Shown: positions 18,192-28,234, counted from the stretch's first letter. The stretch: 64,000 nt of DNA from Armatimonadota bacterium (GCA_041690135.1 JAWLHY010000010.1:122110-186109), one strand, 5' to 3'. Program-made: numbers and translations. The notes: generated from the sequence alone by a model not told the origin.

Positions 18192-19838
18192 TTACTCTTT
18201 TCCGACCTGGATGACGTCGCCGCCGATGCGGTCCGCGAAGTGACGGTCGTGGGAGACATAGATGATGGCGCCGTGGTACTGGTTGAGCGCGTCTTCCAAC
18301 TCCTCGATGGAGGGGAGATCGAGGTGGTTCGTGGGTTCGTCGAGCACCAGCAGCGAAGGGTTGCCGCTGAGCATGCAGATCAACTGGAACCGCGCCTTCT
18401 GGCCCCCCGAGAGCACCCGCAGGGGCAGGTTCCGATCCTGCTGCGGGTCGAAGAGGTAGTCGGACATCACCTTGAGGAGCGTCTGCTCGTTCAGCGGGCG
18501 CGCGGCGGCGGCGTAGACGGTCTCGATCGCCTGCCCCAGGTACATGGAGAGGTAGCGCGTTTCGACTTCCTGCCGGTAGACCCCCACCCGCAGTTGGGCG
18601 CCGGGGCGCACCGTGCCGGAGAAGATTCTGGCCACGGTTGGGGCGCCGTCCGCTTCGTGCAGCAATGCCTGGATGAGGGTAGACTTTCCGGCGCCGTTGC
18701 GGCCGCGGAACATCAGCCGGTCGCCCTGCCGGAGGTTGAAGCTGAGGGGCGCGAAGAGCGGGTGGTCGTAGCCGACGGAGAGGCTATTCACCTCCAGCAG
18801 TTGGCGCCGGTGGCCGTCCGAGTTGGGGGTGTCGATCCGGATGGTGCGGGCCTTGTAGCGGTCGTAGCCCGCCCGCAGCTCTTCCTGCATCTGGGAGGTC
18901 GTCTCGCGGTCGATCCAGAAGGAAGGCTTTTCCAGCCCCTGCTTGAGGGCCTGGTACTCGCGGGTGAGGCGTTCTTCCAGGATCTTCGAGGGGTTGGAGG
19001 AGGCTTTCCCCTTGCGGGCCGCGGCCGCCTGGATCTGCTTCTCCAGCACTTCCATGCGCTTGAGGGAGGCCTCGTACAGGGTCACCTGCGAAAGCGTTTC
19101 GGTACTGTTCTGCTGGATGTACCGGGCATAGTTGCCGGAATAGGTGAAGGCCTGAAAGTCGCGGAGCTCGATGATGGAGTCGACCTCTTCCAGCACGTCC
19201 CGGTCGTGCGTGATGATGCACGCCGCGGTCTCCAACCCACGCAGCCACTGGATAAACAGGTCTTTGCCGTGGTAGTCCAAGTGGTTGGTCGGCTCGTCGA
19301 GGAGGATCAGGTCCGCGCCTGCGAAGGCGACCTTGACCATCTCCATCAGTCGCTTCTGGCCGCCGGACAGGGTGCCGATAGGACGCTGGGCCGTTTCGGG
19401 GTCGATGTCGAAGCCGCCGAAGGCTTCCAGGACCTGGTCTTCGATGCCGTAGTAGTCGCGGTCGATGAACTCCTGGAGCGCATCGGTGTAGACGCGAATC
19501 TTCTCCAGGTCCTCACCCATCGTTTCGGGGTAGGTCTCGACGATCTCCTTGAGCTTCAGGTAGTCCGGGACATGTTCGAGGACGTAGTCCAGCGCGGTAC
19601 GCTCTTCCACGGCCGCGTGCTCCTGCGCGGTGGCGATGATGCGGAGGCCCCGCTTGCGGGTGACGCTGCCCTGGAAATCACTGTCCGCACCGGTGATGAT
19701 CCCGAGCAGGGTGCTCTTCCCCACCCCATTGCGCCCGATCAAGCCCACGTGGGTGGACTCGGGCAACACCAGGTTCAAGTCGCGGAACAGAAGCTTGGAG
19801 CCGAGATGCTTCTCGGCGATCGATAACGTGACGAGCAT
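18192..19838 (-). CDS. ABC-F family ATPase (two tandem ABC domains, no transmembrane domain)
   Basis: Two Walker A motifs (GRNGVGKST, GRNGAGKST), two LSGGQ signatures, linker between domains; start chosen at MLVTLSIAEKHLG (ATG 19836-19838). Confidence 0.85.
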   Translation of the reverse strand: MLVTLSIAEKHLGSKLLFRDLNLVLPESTHVGLIGRNGVGKSTLLGIITGADSDFQGSVTRKRGLRIIATAQEHAAVEERTALDYVLEHVPDYLKLKEIVETYPETMGEDLEKIRVYTDALQEFIDRDYYGIEDQVLEAFGGFDIDPETAQRPIGTLSGGQKRLMEMVKVAFAGADLILLDEPTNHLDYHGKDLFIQWLRGLETAACIITHDRDVLEEVDSIIELRDFQAFTYSGNYARYIQQNSTETLSQVTLYEASLKRMEVLEKQIQAAAARKGKASSNPSKILEERLTREYQALKQGLEKPSFWIDRETTSQMQEELRAGYDRYKARTIRIDTPNSDGHRRQLLEVNSLSVGYDHPLFAPLSFNLRQGDRLMFRGRNGAGKSTLIQALLHEADGAPTVARIFSGTVRPGAQLRVGVYRQEVETRYLSMYLGQAIETVYAAAARPLNEQTLLKVMSDYLFDPQQDRNLPLRVLSGGQKARFQLICMLSGNPSLLVLDEPTNHLDLPSIEELEDALNQYHGAIIYVSHDRHFADRIGGDVIQVGKE

Positions 19839-20131
19839 GGTTGTGGACAGGACCTCCGGGGTTCGGCGACCCCGCCGGCTTTCCGGCGTCCCGAGCAGCA
19901 AGAAAGGCCAGACGCCTGTCGCGCCTGGCCTTCCGAATTCGGGAGCTCAAAGAGCCACTTCTGCGTTCCCGCCATTCCTCCGTCAACCAGGGCCACAGCC
20001 GCCGCGTTACGCCCGGTTCCGGAAGTTAGGTTCCGGCTGGATCGTAACGGGCTATCAGCGCTCTAATCGCGGGAAAGGGTGAACATCGGCGGCAGTATAA
20101 CACAGCCACCGCGGATTTGCAGTAGCTCCTC

Positions 20132-21610
20132 CTAATGTGCCGGAGAAAGGTCGAGAGCCCCCGCCTTGTCGTGGATGGCCACCCGCTCGACCAGGTCCTG
20201 GCACGCCGCGCTGACCCCATCCAGGCGGGCCTTCACGCCCCGGCGGCGGTACGCGAGAATGATCTTATCCAGCATGGCGATGCTCGAGGCATCCCATACA
20301 TGGGCGGCGCTCAGGTCGATTACCACTTCCTCAACCTTCTCATCCATTTCGAACCGGCCCATCAGGTGGTTCGCCGATACGAAAAAGAGCTCGCCGCTCA
20401 GCCGGTAGGTGCGCACCCGTCCATCCGGGCTCAACTCGGAGTGGAGGGAGGCGAGCTTGGCCACCTTGCGCGCAAAGAGGAGAGAGCTGAGGACCACCCC
20501 GACCAGCACTCCGCGGGCGAGGTCGTGCGTGGCGACCACCGCCACGACGGTAGCCACCATTACCAGTCCCTCTCCGCGCGGCTCGATCCGCATCCGGCGC
20601 AGGCAGGCCCAGTCGAAGGTGCTGATGGAAACCATGATCATCACGGCGACCAGGGCCGCCATGGGGATCCGGGTGAGGATAGGGCTGAGCACCAGGATGA
20701 AGAGGAGCAGGAACAGGCCCGCCGCCAGCGAGGAGAGCCGTCCGCGTCCGCCGGATTTCACGTTGATGACGGACTGGCCGATCATGGCGCAGCCCGCCAT
20801 GCCGCCGAAGAAGCCCGTAACTACGTTCGCCACGCCCTGGCCCATCGCTTCCCGGTTCTTGTCGCTCCCGGTGCCGGTCATATCGTCCACGATCTGTGCC
20901 GTAAGCAGCGACTCCAGGAGCCCGACCATCGCCAGCGTGACCGACACGGGCGCGATGATGCCGAGCGTTTCCAGGTTCAGCGGAACGCCGGGGAGTTGGA
21001 AAAACGGGAGCGTGGTGGGCAGCTTGCCCATGTCCCCCACTGTCGGCAGGTCCCAGCCGAGCAGCAGCGTGAGGCCGGTGACCACGCCAATCGCGACCAG
21101 GGGCGCCGGCACCGCCTTCGTGACCCGGGGGAGCAGATAGATCACCGCGAGGCCCAATGCCACCATCGCGTACATCTGCCAGCCCATGCCGCGGAAGTGG
21201 GGCAACTGGGCGAGGAAGATGAGGATGGCGAGCGCATTCACGAATCCCACCATCACGCTGCGGGGCACGAAGCTCATGTAACGCGCCAACTTGCAGGCGC
21301 CAAAGACCACCTGGACGATGCCGGTGAGCACGGTGGCGGCAAAGAGATAGGACAGCCCATGATCACGAACGAGGTGGACCATCAACAGGGCCATCGCTCC
21401 GGTGGCCGCGGAGATCATCGCCGGACGTCCCCCGACAAAGGCAGTGACCACGGCGATACAGAAGGAGGCGAACAGTCCTACCTGGGGGTCAACGCCCGCC
21501 ACAATCGAGAAGGCGATGGCTTCGGGAATGAGGGCCAACGCAACGACCAGGCCGGACACCAGGTCGCCGCTCACATTACCGAACCACTGTCGCTTGGCAG
21601 CTTCCTGCAC
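20132..21610 (-). CDS. SulP-family anion transporter with C-terminal STAS domain
   Basis: Polytopic membrane protein ([25 protein letters not shown]..) plus C-terminal STAS-like domain; start proposed at GTG 21608-21610 preceded by aaggag SD (ORF-track ATG at 21769 is further upstream). Confidence 0.8.
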   Translation of the reverse strand: MQEAAKRQWFGNVSGDLVSGLVVALALIPEAIAFSIVAGVDPQVGLFASFCIAVVTAFVGGRPAMISAATGAMALLMVHLVRDHGLSYLFAATVLTGIVQVVFGACKLARYMSFVPRSVMVGFVNALAILIFLAQLPHFRGMGWQMYAMVALGLAVIYLLPRVTKAVPAPLVAIGVVTGLTLLLGWDLPTVGDMGKLPTTLPFFQLPGVPLNLETLGIIAPVSVTLAMVGLLESLLTAQIVDDMTGTGSDKNREAMGQGVANVVTGFFGGMAGCAMIGQSVINVKSGGRGRLSSLAAGLFLLLFILVLSPILTRIPMAALVAVMIMVSISTFDWACLRRMRIEPRGEGLVMVATVVAVVATHDLARGVLVGVVLSSLLFARKVAKLASLHSELSPDGRVRTYRLSGELFFVSANHLMGRFEMDEKVEEVVIDLSAAHVWDASSIAMLDKIILAYRRRGVKARLDGVSAACQDLVERVAIHDKAGALDLSPAH

Positions 21611-21942
21611 AGAGAGGCTCCTTTTCAAGAGATCGGAAACGGAATGACGCAATGAGACCGTGCTCAACGGAAGACGAAACGATCGTCGGGTCGCCGCTTT
21701 AAAGACAAGGGCGGCGGAAAGAATCGGTCTTCCGTCCGTGAGCGGGTCTAGAGACGGTACAGCAGTCAACCTGGTGGTAGGGTGATTGCCGGTCCCTTCG
21801 TCATTGAAGGAGGGAAGGACACAACGCGGAGGACCGGGCGGTCCGGGGGCCCAGCAGTCCAGAGGGAACGAAGGCGGGGACGCGACGCGTGGCAGCCTGA
21901 CGCGCCAGTATGCCGGAAGCGGTCCGGCAAGTCAACCTAAAA

Positions 21943-21985
21943 CTGCACACTGGGAGCAGGCCGGGGCAAAGCTCCCAGTGTGCAG
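21943..21985. promoter_or_regulatory. 15-bp perfect inverted repeat (ctgcacactgggagc N13 gctcccagtgtgcag), candidate operator or RNA hairpin
   Basis: Read directly: arms at 21943-21957 and 21971-21985 are exact reverse complements; lies about 70 bp upstream of the GTG start at 22055 in a divergent intergenic region. Confidence 0.6.
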
Positions 21986-22054
21986 TATCCGGGAGATGTT
22001 GCACCCCAGTGACCATGGAGCGGTGCGATTCCGCTGCACCGAAACGGAGGGCTC

Positions 22055-22903
22055 GTGACCAACGAGGAGATCGCAGCTCGGTTGGAGGAAACCGCCGACC
22101 TTCTGGAGCTCGACCCCGGCGCGAACCGGTACCGGGTGGGAGCCTACCGCGAAGGCGCGGCTACTCTCCGTCAGGTCCAGGAGCCAGTCGAGGATATCCT
22201 GGCGAAATCCGGCCAGAAGGGCCTGCGCCAGCTCTATGGAATTGGCGAAGGGCTGGCCGGTTCCATCCGGGAACTGGTTGAAACCGGGCACCTGGGTCTC
22301 CTCGACCGACTCCGTGAGGAAGCGGAGCCGGAGCGAGCCTTCACGACGCTCCCCGGCGTGGGACCGAAGCTGGCGACGCGCATTCACCAGCAGTTGGATG
22401 TCGAAACGCTCCCGGAACTGGAACGGGCGGCTCACTCGGGGCGGCTGCGGGAAGTCGCGGGGATCGGGTCGAAGCTGGAGCGGCATATCCAGGAGGCCCT
22501 ACAGGCACGTCTCCAGCGGCGGCCGGCATCCAGCCGGAAGCCACCCGTGGAAGAGATCCTGGACGTCGACCGCGAATACCGCGAAAGGGCGGCAGCGGGA
22601 CGGCTGCGGCGGATCGCACCCCGGCGGTTCAATCTCGAGGGAGAAACCTGGCTGCCCGTGTTGAACAGCCACCGCGGGGAGCGGAGATACACGGCCCTCT
22701 TTTCGAACACCGCGTTGGCCCACCAGTTGAACAAGACGCGCGACTGGGTGGTCCTTTACTACGCGCTACCGGGTGAGCCGGAGGAGCAGGTGACGGTGGT
22801 GACGGAGTCCAGCGGACAGTGGGCGGGACGGCGGATGATCCGGGGGCGCGAACAGGAGTGCCTCCGCTTTTACGAGTTGTCGGAACGCGCCGCGGCAGCT
22901 TGA
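22055..22903 (+). CDS. PolX-family N-terminal (8-kDa/HhH) DNA-binding protein lacking polymerase catalytic domain
   Basis: N-terminal 150 aa resemble PolX lyase/fingers region (EIAARLEETADLLEL..NRYRVGAYREGAATL, TLPGVGPKLATRI, IGSKLERHIQEAL); no palm or PHP domain; GTG start with ggaggg SD. Confidence 0.75.
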   Translation: MTNEEIAARLEETADLLELDPGANRYRVGAYREGAATLRQVQEPVEDILAKSGQKGLRQLYGIGEGLAGSIRELVETGHLGLLDRLREEAEPERAFTTLPGVGPKLATRIHQQLDVETLPELERAAHSGRLREVAGIGSKLERHIQEALQARLQRRPASSRKPPVEEILDVDREYRERAAAGRLRRIAPRRFNLEGETWLPVLNSHRGERRYTALFSNTALAHQLNKTRDWVVLYYALPGEPEEQVTVVTESSGQWAGRRMIRGREQECLRFYELSERAAAA

Positions 22904-22962
22904 GCTATGTCACGGATAGCAGCACTTCCCGCCCCAGCACCAGGACCAGCAGCCCGGGGTAG

Positions 22963-23241
22963 AGCGCGAACTTCACCCGCGGCCTGGCGGAGCAACTCAC
23001 GGAAAAGGGGATCCGGGTGAACGCTGTTGCCCCTGGCCCGGTGTGGACGCCGCTGATCCCGGCTTCCTATCCGGCCGAACAGCTCCATTCGAGCTTTGGC
23101 GCCACGACACCGATGAAGCGAGCCGCCCAACCGGCGGAGATTGCACCGGCGTATGTCTACTTCGCCTCCCAGCAGGATAGCTCGTACGGCTCCGGCGAGG
23201 TACTGCTGCAGACCGGCGGAAAAATTATCGGCCGCGAGTAG
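22963..23241 (+). pseudogene. Short-chain dehydrogenase/reductase (SDR) C-terminal fragment, gene remnant
   Basis: In-frame translation after a TAG at 22960-22962: SANFTRGLAEQLTEKGIRVNAVAPGPVWTPLI..PMKRAAQPAEIAPAYVYFAS, matching the SDR region downstream of the YxxxK site; no N-terminal Rossmann part upstream. Confidence 0.6.
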
Positions 23242-23551
23242 ACCGCCCGCCGTTCACTCTCTTCCTTCACGAACTTTGACAGTCGCCGGTCAGGGAGCAT
23301 GGGATCTCCATGCCCTCCGCCCGGCGACTTTCTTGATGCTTCACTCTCCAGCATCTGCCGTTTGTAAAGCCTTGCCTGCGCGGCGGGACCGAGGCGGAGC
23401 CGTCCGGAAAAACCAACCCTGATTTAGAGGAGCATCGTGTAGATCCGCTCCAGTGAATGTGGGAGATCCTACTACAGCCTGGAATAGCCCTTGTCTGGGT
23501 AACACCCGAGCAACAGGCTCGCAGACATGGATATGGATGAAGGAAGGGCGA

Positions 23552-24064
23552 ATGTCGGAGACGCACCAAGTGGGAGCTCTGCAAATTGGTGACGACCTCG
23601 ACTTCGTGCGGCGCACCTGGAAGTTCCAACGGGCCGGATGGGTGGTGATGGCCCTGGTGATCCTTGCTGCTCTCCTGGGGGTATTCGGCAAAGGGCCGCT
23701 CAGCACCGCGCGGGTCGGTGAGGCGGGCCAGGCTTTGTCGGTGGAGTACCACCGGTTGTGGCGGTACCGGAAGCCGGACGATATTACCCTCCACCTGGGC
23801 TCACAGGCCACCACCGGGCGGGAGGCCCGCGTCTGGCTCGCCAGCGATTACGTGGACAAGCTCGAAATCGAGTACATCACTCCGAACCCGGACCGGGTGA
23901 TCGCGGGTAGTGATCGGGTGATCTACGTGTTCAACCTCGCCCAGCCGGGCCAACCGGTCTCCATCACCTTCAATTTCTCTCCACAGCATGTGGGCGCACT
24001 GGAAGCGCAAGTGGGCGTGGTGGATGGACCGGCGCGCGGGTTCACGTCTTTTTACTACCCGTAG
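23552..24064 (+). CDS. Hypothetical single-pass membrane protein
   Basis: ATG 23552 with aggaaggg SD; one transmembrane segment (AGWVVMALVILAALLGVFG); no recognisable domain. Confidence 0.5.
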   Translation: MSETHQVGALQIGDDLDFVRRTWKFQRAGWVVMALVILAALLGVFGKGPLSTARVGEAGQALSVEYHRLWRYRKPDDITLHLGSQATTGREARVWLASDYVDKLEIEYITPNPDRVIAGSDRVIYVFNLAQPGQPVSITFNFSPQHVGALEAQVGVVDGPARGFTSFYYP

Positions 24065-24088
24065 GCCCGAGGAGAAAGGAGAGGGGCG

Positions 24089-24568
24089 ATGGACGCCGTA
24101 CTGCGCGCCGCCGCGATCTATAGTTTCTTGCTACTGCTGTTCCGTATTGCAGGGAAACGTACGTTCCAGGAGATGACTCCCTTCGACTTCGTCCTGCTGC
24201 TGGTGATCGGAGAGTCCACGGAGCATGCCCTGCTCGGGGATGACCGGTCGGTGACGCACGGGCTCTTGCTGATCACCACGTTGGTCGGCCTGGACGTGGC
24301 AATGTCCCTCTGGAAGCAGCGTTCACAGCGCGTGGAAAAGCTCCTGGATGGTGTTCCTCTCATTCTCGTGGCGGAAGGGCAGCTCATCCGGCAGCACATG
24401 GAGAAGGAGCGAGTGGACGAGGTGGACCTTCTGGAGAGCGCGCGCCGTCACCACGGGTTGGAGCGCCTGGACCAGATCCGCTATGCCGTGCTGGAACCCG
24501 GAGGCGGCATCACGATCATCCCTGCGGAAGAGACGAGCAAAGCCGCGCAGGATCGAATGGCGGCCTGA
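24089..24568 (+). CDS. DUF421 (YetF-like) membrane protein
   Basis: LRAAAIYSFLLLLFRIAGKRTFQEMTPFDFVLLLVIGE typical of DUF421 N-terminus. Confidence 0.8.
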   Translation: MDAVLRAAAIYSFLLLLFRIAGKRTFQEMTPFDFVLLLVIGESTEHALLGDDRSVTHGLLLITTLVGLDVAMSLWKQRSQRVEKLLDGVPLILVAEGQLIRQHMEKERVDEVDLLESARRHHGLERLDQIRYAVLEPGGGITIIPAEETSKAAQDRMAA

Positions 24569-24743
24569 TCCAGGGAGTGAGACAGACGGTTGGCGCCTCG
24601 CGAAATGGGGAACTAACCCCAGCGGTAGCCCACCGACATGCGGTTCAGGAGTAGACCTTCCGAGCCCCAATGGAGCCAGGGAAGGGGCATTCGGGATTGA
24701 TGCCCCATGCAATGACCGGTGGGCTTCGGCAGGAACGGGGGAT

Positions 24744-25850
24744 ATGCAGCTGAAGACCGGAGTTCTCACCTTCCATCGTTGTTTCAACTACGGCAGTTAC
24801 TGGCAGGCGCGGTGCCTGGTCGAAGCGTTCCGGGAGCGGGGTCATAACGCGGTGCTGCTGGATCACCAGTCCCCCCGGGTGGAGCGTGCCGAGCGCAAGT
24901 GCGGCTTCGAGCCCGTCTTGCCGACTCCCGTTCCGCGAGAGGATCACTTCCTGTACGGGCGCAAGATCGCAAAGTTCCAGCGCGCGTTCGCCGCACTACC
25001 GCGATCATCGCGGTTCCCGCTGGATCAGCCGGAAAAGTTGCCCAGGTTCGACCTGGTGGTCGTGGGCAGCGACGAAGTGTGGAACCTCCGGCACCCGTGG
25101 TACGCCCGGTTTCCCCTCTTCTTCGGCGAGGGGCTGCCGGCTAACCGCCTGGTCTCCTATGCGGGGAGCTTCGGGAACTATCATGCCGCCGAGGGTCTGG
25201 ACCGCGAGTGGTCGGAGCGGCTGCGGTCCTTCGAACGGCTGTCGGTGCGCGATGAAAACTCCCGGGTCCACCTCCGCTGCGCACTCGGGGTCGAGCCGGA
25301 GTTGGTCCTCGATCCGTGCCTGCAATTTCCCGTCCGGCCGGAGGGACGCTGGCGGGGTCCGCGCGAATCGTTTGCCCTGGTTTACGGACACAACTTCCCG
25401 GAGACCTTCGCCGGGCAGGCGCGCCGGTGGGCGGCCGAGAGGGGCCTGCCCCTGGTCAGCATCGGTTACCGCAACGACTGGGCCGACCGCCAGTGGATCA
25501 CCGCCGGACCCCATGATTTCGCGCAGGCGATGGAGCGCGCCGCGGCCGTGATCACCAACTTCTTCCACGGCTGTGTCTTCGCCCTGCGGAACGCCAAGCC
25601 GTTCATCTGCGGGCTCACTCCGTATCGTTCGATCAAGGTGGAGAACCTACTGGCAACGGTCGGAGGCGAAGAGCATCTGGCCACTGAAGCCACCGGATAC
25701 CCGGAGTATGCGGACCGTCTCAACTCCCCAGTGGATCCTTCCATCCTCCGCCGCATGGATGCGCTCCAGCGGTCGTCGGAACGGTTTCTCGAAGAGATCG
25801 CCGGAAAGGAGGCTAGCTTGCAGGCTCGAATGGAAGGGGCCGCGGCATGA
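24744..25850 (+). CDS. Polysaccharide pyruvyl transferase family protein
   Basis: MQLKTGVLTFHRCFNYGSYWQARCL N-terminus characteristic of PF04230-type pyruvyl transferases; ORF-track start 24348 rejected as upstream extension; SD aggaacgggg before ATG 24744. Confidence 0.8.
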   Translation: MQLKTGVLTFHRCFNYGSYWQARCLVEAFRERGHNAVLLDHQSPRVERAERKCGFEPVLPTPVPREDHFLYGRKIAKFQRAFAALPRSSRFPLDQPEKLPRFDLVVVGSDEVWNLRHPWYARFPLFFGEGLPANRLVSYAGSFGNYHAAEGLDREWSERLRSFERLSVRDENSRVHLRCALGVEPELVLDPCLQFPVRPEGRWRGPRESFALVYGHNFPETFAGQARRWAAERGLPLVSIGYRNDWADRQWITAGPHDFAQAMERAAAVITNFFHGCVFALRNAKPFICGLTPYRSIKVENLLATVGGEEHLATEATGYPEYADRLNSPVDPSILRRMDALQRSSERFLEEIAGKEASLQARMEGAAA

Positions 25851-27253
25851 CCGAAGCGGCGCGCGCAAAGGGGCCCGAAGCCATCAGTCCCGCCCAGGTC
25901 GTGCACTCCGGTCTGTGTATCGGATGCGGAAGTTGCGTGTCGCAGGCGCAGTCCCCGGATGCACTGATCGTGCTGGATGATTACGGGCAACTTCGGCCCA
26001 GTGGACCCCCGGATTGGTTCCGCTCGAGGTCGGAGGTACTGGCGCGGACTTGCCCGTTCTCACCCACCGCACACAATGAAGACCGGCTGGCCGCGGAGTT
26101 GTTTCCCGAGGTCGAGCAGTATCCGGACATCGGCCGGATGCGGGGCGCTTACGTGGGCTATGTCGAAGAGGTGGGCTTCCGCGACCGCGGCAGCTCCGGG
26201 GGCATGGTGAGCTGGGTCCTTTCCGAACTCCTGCGCGCCGGCAAGGTGGATGGAGTTGCCCACGTGGTGCCGGTGGATGATCCACAGCAGGATGGACGCT
26301 TCTTTCGCTACCGGATCTCGCGCACGCCGGAGGAGGTGTTTGCCGGGGCCAAGTCCCGCTATTACCCGGTAGATCTCTCCGGAGTGCTGCAGACCATCCG
26401 GGCCCATCCGGGTCGCTATGCCGTGGTGGGGGTGCCCTGCTTCATCAAGGCGCTGCACTTGCTCCGGCAGGAAGATCCAGTGGTGCGCGAGCGGGTAGTG
26501 TACACCCTCGGACTGTTCTGCGGGCACATGAAGAGCGCACGCTTTGTGGAGAGCTTCGCCTGGCAGATGGGGGTGGACCCGCGGGAGGTGCGGAAGGTGG
26601 AGTACCGCCTGAAGGACCCCAACCGCCCCGCCAGTACGTACACCACCGAGTTGACGCTGCGGGACGGGACGGTGGTGAAACGCGACTGGTGGAACCTGGC
26701 CGACGGAGACTGGGGCGCGGGCTTTTTCCAGTATTCCGCCTGCAACTTCTGCGATGATGTAATCGCGGAGACCGCGGACATCTCCTTCGGCGATGCGTGG
26801 GTAGAGCCCTACTCCTCGGACGGAAGAGGCACCAACGTGGTAGTGACCCGGTCCGCGGAGATGGAGACGCTGATTGCCGGAGGGATCGACCAGGGCCGCC
26901 TTAGTCTGCAACCGGTGGACAGTGAATTTGTGGTAGCGACCCAGGCCGCGGGGTTCCGGCAGCGGCGTGAGGGCCTCTCCTACCGGTTGTCCTGGCCCCG
27001 GCTGGGGCTTCGTCCCCAGAAGCGCGTGGCACCCGACACCCGGCATCTCAGCCGGCGCCGTAAACTCATCTACCGGATGCGGCACCTGATCAGTGCGTGG
27101 AGCCATCGCATGTCCTGGCTCGCGCAAAGAACGGGGCGACCGGAAATCTATGTCCGATGGGCGCGGACTTCCCTGGCGCTCTACCACGGGCTGGCCTACT
27201 CACGTGGACGCATCGGCGAGATTCTCTCACGAGTTCGAGGGTTGCAAGAGTAA
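25847..27253 (+). CDS. Coenzyme F420 hydrogenase/dehydrogenase beta-subunit-like (FrhB-like) Fe-S flavoprotein
   Basis: CIGCGSC ferredoxin-like cysteine cluster at N-terminus, FrhB N/C-like regions (YVGYVEEVGFRDRGSSGGMVS, GLFCGHMKS, CNFCDD); ATGA overlap with pyruvyl transferase gene. Confidence 0.8.
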   Translation: MTEAARAKGPEAISPAQVVHSGLCIGCGSCVSQAQSPDALIVLDDYGQLRPSGPPDWFRSRSEVLARTCPFSPTAHNEDRLAAELFPEVEQYPDIGRMRGAYVGYVEEVGFRDRGSSGGMVSWVLSELLRAGKVDGVAHVVPVDDPQQDGRFFRYRISRTPEEVFAGAKSRYYPVDLSGVLQTIRAHPGRYAVVGVPCFIKALHLLRQEDPVVRERVVYTLGLFCGHMKSARFVESFAWQMGVDPREVRKVEYRLKDPNRPASTYTTELTLRDGTVVKRDWWNLADGDWGAGFFQYSACNFCDDVIAETADISFGDAWVEPYSSDGRGTNVVVTRSAEMETLIAGGIDQGRLSLQPVDSEFVVATQAAGFRQRREGLSYRLSWPRLGLRPQKRVAPDTRHLSRRRKLIYRMRHLISAWSHRMSWLAQRTGRPEIYVRWARTSLALYHGLAYSRGRIGEILSRVRGLQE

Positions 27254-27273
27254 CTCCGTCCGACGAGTGAAGT

Positions 27274-28143
27274 ATGAGCCTCGACGCGTCCTCCACCGTT
27301 CTAACGTCCGAAGAGATCGACCACTTCTTGCGGTTCGGCTATGTCGTCCTGCACGATTGCTTCCCCCGCGCCCTCGCCGAAGAGTGGACCGCCGCGGCCA
27401 TGGAACGCCTGGGATACGACGCCATGGACCCCGCTACCTGGAAGCTATCGCGAGTCCATCTCCCCAGCGTGCGGACGATGGGTTTCCGCACCTTCGCCCC
27501 GCGCGCATGGCAGGCCGCCTGCGAACTGGTGGGCGGCGAGGAACGGGTGCGGCAGCCCTGCACCGTGAGCGACGGGTTCATCATCAATTTCCGGATCGGA
27601 GGCGGCCGTAAGTGGAAACCGCCCGCGCCGGACGCGGCGGCCTGGCACCTGGACGGCGACTACTTCCGGCATTTCCTGGACAGTCCGGAACAAGGCCTGC
27701 TCACCCTGATGCTCTGGTCGGATATTGGCCCGCAAATGGGCGGCACCTTCCTGGCCCGCGACTCCGTGGCGGTAGTCGCCCGCTACCTGGCAGAGCACCC
27801 TGAGGGTGTGCGACCGGCACGCCTCGAGACCCGCCGTTTGATGCAGGAATGCCGCGACTTTGTGGAGGTCACCGGCCGGGTGGGCGACGTGCTGCTGATG
27901 CACCCGCTGATGCTTCACGCCGCGTCGCCGAACCCGTCGGGCAAGCCGCGGTTCCTGACGAACCCGCCACTCGCGCTCAAGAAGCCGCTACAGTTTCGGC
28001 GTGTACGAACTAGCTACTCTCCGGTGGAGCAGGCGGTGCTGCTAGGATTGGGGGCTTCCGAGTACGCGTTTGCTCCTACGGCGCCACGGCAGCGGATCAC
28101 CCCGGCGCGAGTGCGGAACCAGCGCAAAATGGGAGTGGGATAA
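27274..28143 (+). CDS. Phytanoyl-CoA dioxygenase (PhyH) family protein
   Basis: LTSEEIDHFLRFGYVVLHDCF N-terminal signature and WHLDGDY iron-binding-like motif. Confidence 0.8.
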   Translation: MSLDASSTVLTSEEIDHFLRFGYVVLHDCFPRALAEEWTAAAMERLGYDAMDPATWKLSRVHLPSVRTMGFRTFAPRAWQAACELVGGEERVRQPCTVSDGFIINFRIGGGRKWKPPAPDAAAWHLDGDYFRHFLDSPEQGLLTLMLWSDIGPQMGGTFLARDSVAVVARYLAEHPEGVRPARLETRRLMQECRDFVEVTGRVGDVLLMHPLMLHAASPNPSGKPRFLTNPPLALKKPLQFRRVRTSYSPVEQAVLLGLGASEYAFAPTAPRQRITPARVRNQRKMGVG

Positions 28144-28216
28144 GGAAGTCAAGATAAGGACAAGGAGGGTTGATAAGGAGGGTGGATAAGGATCAGGTTG
28201 AGGATGAGGAAAATGG
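28139..28216 (+). repeat. GGA-rich direct-repeat array (4x GATAAGGA plus GAGGATGAGGA)
   Basis: GATAAGGA at 28139-28146, 28153-28160, 28172-28179 and 28185-28192; eight GGA triplets within about 75 nt starting at the PhyH stop codon. Confidence 0.8.
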
Positions 28217-28234
28217 TACCGAGATGGGAGCAGA

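Noticed and set aside
17496-19826. 776-aa plus-strand ORF
   Set aside because: Spans the antisense of the ankyrin start and ABC-F gene; low complexity.
20135-21655. 506-aa plus-strand ORF
   Set aside because: Antisense to the SulP transporter; His/Arg/Asp-rich, non-protein-like.
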